Source: Nitrospirota bacterium
GTDB taxonomy: Bacteria > Nitrospirota > UBA9217
DNA: 64,000 nt
Reading direction: 5' to 3'
Assembly: GCA_963737155.1 (NCBI GenBank)
Contig: CAVTRN010000001.1
Location: 576,001-640,000, forward strand
The notes beneath the pieces are model-generated. The model did not search any database, was not told the origin of the DNA, and was given only the letters and a program-made list of their open reading frames with translations. Made by a program: the position numbers and the translations under genes. Below are positions 59,115 through 64,000 of this stretch, piece by piece. The number at the start of each line of letters is the position of its first letter. Positions within the stretch are counted from its first letter, which is position 1.

Positions 59115-59338
59115 TGAAGCACCCTGTCGCAGCCTTCTGATGCCGGTATTGTTGCCGCATCGGCCTGTCAGCCCAATGCTCAGTTCATATATCCTCTCCC
59201 CTTCTTCTGTAGAATACAGAGCTTCACTTCACCTGCCCTCACGATACCGCAGCGAATGCCGCTTCAATTCCATTTTCGATACTTGACTCGAATCAGGGAG
59301 CGGGCTACGGCTACGTTCACAGATCCAACTGGGGAAAA

Positions 59339-59746
59339 TCAGAAACTCAGTGTTTTATCGTTACGTTTACGATAGTAATTAATGATCGGCCAGTCCGCAT
59401 CAGCCCAGTCAAGACCATGCAACTCCTCCGGCGCAAGCCAGACAATGGCTTTGTGTTCGTGGAGCACGATTTCACCGGAAACTATCGTGCAGCGGGAGGG
59501 GTAAAGAGTCACCGAAAAAGTCGGATAGGAATATGTTACCTCGGGGAACGGTTCGTGAATCATCACCTCAATCCCCAATTCCTCCCTTACTTCACGCTTC
59601 AAGCATTCCGATGCAGTTTCGCCCTCATCAATCTTTCCGCCGGGAAATTCCCATTTTAAAGGCAAGCTCATGTGCTCGCTTCTCTGGGCTGCGAGGACTT
59701 TTCCGTTTTGCTCTATTATGGCACAGGCCACACGTAAGGATTTCAT
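59339..59746 (-). CDS. mutT: MutT-like Nudix hydrolase
   Basis: WEFPGGKIDEGETASECLKREVREELG Nudix box. Confidence 0.9.
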   Translation of the reverse strand: MKSLRVACAIIEQNGKVLAAQRSEHMSLPLKWEFPGGKIDEGETASECLKREVREELGIEVMIHEPFPEVTYSYPTFSVTLYPSRCTIVSGEIVLHEHKAIVWLAPEELHGLDWADADWPIINYYRKRNDKTLSF

Positions 59747-59928
59747 GTTTTCCTGGAAGAATAGGTTTCCGCTTTCGCTGAATAGCGATCGCTGTCACTC
59801 GCTAATTAAAGGTCCTTGAAGGGTTGATGTTGCCTCAATCGGGCATTGCGAATCAAAAAAGCTCCGGACGGTCGGCTGGGTTCCGGCTTAGTGACCCTGT
59901 GCCTTGCCCGCTACGAACGTTTTCTGGT

Positions 59929-60177
59929 TTACATCGCAAAGGACTCGGCAAAAAGACCGTAGAGGTAGTTGTCACGCAAGTCCAATTTTTTCGTGAAGGG
60001 AAGCCTTTGTAACGTCTTCAATGCCCCTGATGTCCGAGGGTTTCACATTCTTTTCGTCGAACTTTTTTTGTAAAAAGGGACGAAGGAATAGACCCGCAAG
60101 CAAACATTCTTCAGGCGTTCACCCTGCAGCTTGCTCAAATCTTGTCGTGACAGGAATTCTTCTGTACTCCAAAGCAT
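59929..60177 (-). pseudogene. paaK: Phenylacetate-CoA ligase N-terminal remnant
   Basis: AGGAG RBS; MLWSTEEFLSRQDLSKLQGERLK..VPFY..KPSDIRGIEDVTK-PFTKKLDLRDNYLYGLFA with frameshifts, truncated. Confidence 0.75.
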
Positions 60178-60351
60178 AGGCGTCTCCTACGGGCAAGGAT
60201 TCTATCGGGATAGGAGTTTGATTCATAGAGGGGCGCCGATTATTATAAAACGGTATACATTATTTTGTAAATAAAATTCATACTATATGTTGAGCCCGAA
60301 TGCGAGATTTTGCTATAATATCGGCACATCGTATAAGCAAAGAATGAACCT

Positions 60352-60757
60352 ATGGACACTATTAAAAAATTTGTTGATGCGGACCATTTTGCAAAACTTG
60401 TCGGTGTTGAGATACTTGAATATTCGCCCGGAAGGCTAAGGCCCGGATGATTCTTCAACAGCATGACCTAAACAGCACCGGCACCGTTCACGGGGGGGCC
60501 TTTTCTCGCTCGCCAACACGGTCTTCTCCGTGGCTTCCAACTACCACGGCACCCTTGCTATGGCGATTAACGTGGGCATTTCGTTCTTCAAGTCAGTGAA
60601 GAGCGGGATCCTTATCGCTGAAGGCTGGGATGTGTCGTTCAACCCCAAGCTGGCCACTTACTTGATCGATGTGAAGGATGATGCCGGCAATGCAGTCGCC
60701 CTGTTCTAGGGCACTGTATATCGGAAGAAGGATCCAATCGCCGATATCATAAAATGA
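60352..60757 (+). pseudogene. paaI: PaaI-family thioesterase pseudogene
   Basis: DHFAKLVGVEI..LNSTGTVHGG-FSLA..ATYLIDV..ALF*GTVYRK, with two frameshifts and an internal TAG. Confidence 0.85.
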
Positions 60758-61006
60758 TGTCACCATCGCACAACGGACAAAGATAAGACACGGTTATGAT
60801 CAATAGAACAGGAAGCAAGCTTGTTTATGCTGTCCCTGTTTTCTGCAAAATTTATATTTTCCAGCTTCTATCCCTATTTGTCTGCTCAATAGCCTTGTTT
60901 ACATGCTCCCTCCATGTAACAATATTTTTCAGGAATAATTATATGACAGAAGGACAAATACGCAATTGCTGAGAACACAGTGTTAATCATATCGCGCATG
61001 TTTCCA

Positions 61007-61035
61007 TTGACAGGAAATCTAATTAGTAGTAGCCT
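61007..61035 (+). promoter_or_regulatory. Sigma-70-like promoter of tatA
   Basis: TTGACA-N17-TAGCCT. Confidence 0.5.
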
Positions 61036-61106
61036 TATGAATACTGATTATGAAGCAAATATGAAGCACACGGAGAGATGTCTACTATTTGAAGGAGGGA
61101 TATGTC

Positions 61107-61307
61107 ATGTTTGAAGGACTATTCAGACCAATGCATTTGCTCTTAATTCTTTTAATCGTGTTGATAATATTCGGACCTGGAAAGCTTCCTGAGATTGGAG
61201 AAGGATTGGGAAAAAGTATACGGTCATTTAAAAAAGCCATGTCAGGAGATAAAGAATTAAAAGATGAACAGAAGCCTGATGAAAAACAAAATGAAAAAGA
61301 GAGTTGA
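61107..61307 (+). CDS. tatA: Twin-arginine translocase TatA/E subunit
   Basis: [26 protein letters not shown]; strong RBS. Confidence 0.93.
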   Translation: MFEGLFRPMHLLLILLIVLIIFGPGKLPEIGEGLGKSIRSFKKAMSGDKELKDEQKPDEKQNEKES

Positions 61308-62507
61308 TGAGAATTCAATATAGGCGACTTGAAATTATTTCAACATTAGAATGAAAATAATACTATTGATACTACTCTCGCCCTATCTATGAGTCGCGTT
61401 AAGGTTGAGTGTGACTCCCCCCATATGTCGTTATACGCTGTATCCGCACTGATCGATGCAACCACCTGATTATGCAGGACTTTTAACCTTAACTACTGTG
61501 CTTATTCTTTTCCCTTTATGCTATGTTTTGGTGCTTCCCTCACTCGTTTCGAGCGCGTTTTTCCCTACCACTTCCAAAACTTGCTTAAGTTCCGCTCTTT
61601 CGTCCTTTTCCTTCAAACAGTATCTCCAGGTCGCTCGTCCCTTCCAGAGCGCTTCCCAAGTGACGGGATATATGCTCATTGTCTCTGGATGAAAGTTTTC
61701 CATACCCAGAACGTTTATTTCATTAAAGGACGGTTCGCCTGCTCTTATTGCAACGCTTCCTTAAGACCGACCGTTTTGCTGGACTTATTGCATGGGATAG
61801 CGGCCAGATCTAGATCCAACGTAAGGAGGACGGCACTGCCTTTTTTTGAACGCAGTTTCTAATGCTGAGACGTGAAACCCTTGAATCCCCGGCAAACTTG
61901 TGAGATAATCGTAGTGCATCCGGAAGGAACCGCGTTGTCGAACGATTGCAGGTCATTTGCAAGACGGTATATCTTTTCGGATACTTATTCAATCTATAGT
62001 TTCGTGCCAAGAGCTTCGTAAACAAATGACTTGAACTTTTTTGGTTGATTCAGTATTGTCTTAAGAAGCATATCTTTGCTTATCATGACATGATATTCTT
62101 TCGAGAGAACCATCATACTTTAAATCGGAAAGTTTTGCTTTATTTTTGATTATTCCAATTTACAGACCGCAATTTATGCGGAACAGACACTTTGGCTCCT
62201 TACCAAAATCTGTTGATGAAAAAGTCTCTCATTGCGGCATAGCTATTAATGCTGATTTAGAATTGCATTGACAGTGCATTTTACCATTTCTGTCTTCATC
62301 CATCGTTGCTTACAACGTAGATGCTAAATCTGACCATGACATTTATTAGCCCTGGTAATCATGCGTAATTTCAGGTCAAACACGGAATTGTTATCTAAAA
62401 AACGTCAGCGGATTCAGCGGAGGCCCCGCTTCTTCAATACAAGTATGCAGCCCGATCTGCCAAGTGCGACCGACAAATGGAGAAAACGGGTTTCTTTGGT
62501 GAAAACG

Positions 62508-63347
62508 ATGCCTCAAGCAACACTCATGACGACTTTTCTATATGTAGTAGTAATGCTGCTCTTTGGTCCTCGCGCTTGGGCACAACAAACTGCGGAGAAG
62601 AAAGTGGAATGGACAAACTTGGCAGCCGGTATTGAATATGCTGAGTATCCTTTCGGCGAAATGCAGACAGAAGCCGACGTACTCCACGTGGTCCGGATTA
62701 ACCCTCACCGCGCACAACTCGTTGCACTAAGCCGGGGCAAACATGACTCCCACGGAAGGACGGCTCAACAGTGGTGCGAAGATTTCGACCTCGTGGCTGT
62801 TATCAACGCGGGCATGTATGATGTTGATCTCATGACCCATATAGGATATATGAAAACGCCAACAACCGTGAACAACAAAAGATGGAATAAAACCTATGAA
62901 AGCGTGTTGCTTCTGGACGGCACCGCTATGACCCTTCCACGGGCGGGGATAAGGGACCGCTCTGACCTCAATGAAACAATTCTTAAGTCGTTCGGTACCG
63001 TGATTCAGAATCTACGGCTTATTAAGAACCCGGGCATCAATGTATGGAGGCCACAATCAAGAGCATGGAGCGAGGCTGCAATCGCGGAAGACGTCAGTGG
63101 AAATATTCTCTTTCTCTTTTCACGAAAGCCCTATACAATGTTTGAGTTTGTCGAAAGACTTCTGCAAACCGACCTTCATATAGTGCGAGCCATGCATGTG
63201 GAAGGCGGTCCTGAATCAAGCCTTTCCCTCTGCTCAGACACTAAAAAGCTTCACTTGGCGGGCAAAAGCGAAACCAGTTTTCAGGACACCGACGACGATG
63301 GAATGGTACAGTTGGTGATTCCCAATATCATAGGTGTTAAGCGATAG
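62508..63347 (+). CDS. Exported phosphodiester glycosidase (NAGPA-like) protein
   Basis: Signal peptide ending AWA-Q; VINAGMY and AMHVEGGPES motifs; start uncertain (62361-62526). Confidence 0.7.
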   Translation: MPQATLMTTFLYVVVMLLFGPRAWAQQTAEKKVEWTNLAAGIEYAEYPFGEMQTEADVLHVVRINPHRAQLVALSRGKHDSHGRTAQQWCEDFDLVAVINAGMYDVDLMTHIGYMKTPTTVNNKRWNKTYESVLLLDGTAMTLPRAGIRDRSDLNETILKSFGTVIQNLRLIKNPGINVWRPQSRAWSEAAIAEDVSGNILFLFSRKPYTMFEFVERLLQTDLHIVRAMHVEGGPESSLSLCSDTKKLHLAGKSETSFQDTDDDGMVQLVIPNIIGVKR

Positions 63348-63749
63348 CCTATGCGGTCCTGTTCGGTTATGTCTGTGTCTGTACGACAATGCAATTTAAA
63401 GTGATAATTATATCGAGTAAATGCTGTTTGTTGACCTCTTCGCGAATATTATAACCAGCACTTTCCAACCTAATGACATCAAACGGATTTATTTAGCTCT
63501 TATATCCCAATAAAATATCTGCTCAAAGGTATTTACATCCTTTTACAAAAAAGTTATAGTATTAGTTCAGAATTGTGTTTTTATGGGTAAATATTACCTT
63601 GAATATATTTTGTATTTAATGTTATTTAACGCTTAATAGAATTTCGTGTCCTAATATTTTTTTTCTTTTAATAGTCGCTATATTCGAGTGCATAGCGACA
63701 TCGGGTCAACATCCTGAAAACGAGGCTTGTCACTGTTCTTGAGCAATCC

Positions 63750-64000
63750 ATGAGAGAATTGTCATTCCATACAGACAACAATTTATGCATATGCTTGTGG
63801 GAGCAGGAAATCGCAAAATATTCAGGGCGGTCGTCTTTACAAACCATCGGGAATAAATATTACGATGTCCTTCCCAGAATAATCGTGGATGATAAAGACG
63901 CGATTGCTGAAGCAGTTAAAAAAAATAAAGCGATATCATGTAAGGGTTATTCATTCAATTGCTTATTGGGCTGTACTCGAGCTGATATTCAAATTACGCC
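63750..64000 (+). CDS. Partial ORF running off the window, PAS-like sensor N-terminus
   Basis: Open frame MRELSFHTDNNLCICLWEQEIAKYSG..IGNKYYDVLP..ADIQIT with no stop before the window end. Confidence 0.5.
   Translation, partial: MRELSFHTDNNLCICLWEQEIAKYSGRSSLQTIGNKYYDVLPRIIVDDKDAIAEAVKKNKAISCKGYSFNCLLGCTRADIQIT

Noticed and set aside
63674-63698. Inverted repeat GTCGCTAT-N10-ATAGCGAC
   Set aside because: It is a single instance with no T-tract, and no function can be assigned.

Overview
Bacterial chromosomal window (Gram-negative; gene content resembles Nitrospirota/deltaproteobacterial anaerobes, which is an inference). 1-36.5 kb is a flagellar and chemotaxis supercluster: fliOPQR-flhBAF-flhG-fliA; a sigma28-driven che operon (HEAT-repeat protein, cheR, two cheY, P2-less cheA, a CheW-CheZ fusion, hemerythrin, cheB); two MCPs and cheW; an oppositely oriented fliK-flgD-flgE unit ending in an IS630 scar; an HDOD gene; and flgFGAHIJMNKL. 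Sigma54 and sigma28 promoters are readable. 37.7-52 kb is accessory: an RND efflux triad, an IS110 scar, a 1072-aa Ig/repeat surface lipoprotein, and a convergent 22-heme repeat cytochrome next to tRNA-Glu and tRNA-Gln. 52.8-64 kb holds mixed housekeeping genes (CBS-PPase, NCS2 permease, ArnA-like decarboxylase, amidohydrolase, MutT, TatA, phosphodiester glycosidase) and several pseudogenes. The most striking signals are (1) near-total loss of Lys/Arg, even from conserved motifs, in the hook/junction proteins FlgD/E/K/L, the Ig protein and the cytochrome, while periplasmic flagellar parts keep them; (2) the modular 22-heme cytochrome with about 650 residues free of K/R; and (3) the CheW-CheZ fusion. 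Residue counts were made by hand and no database searches were run.
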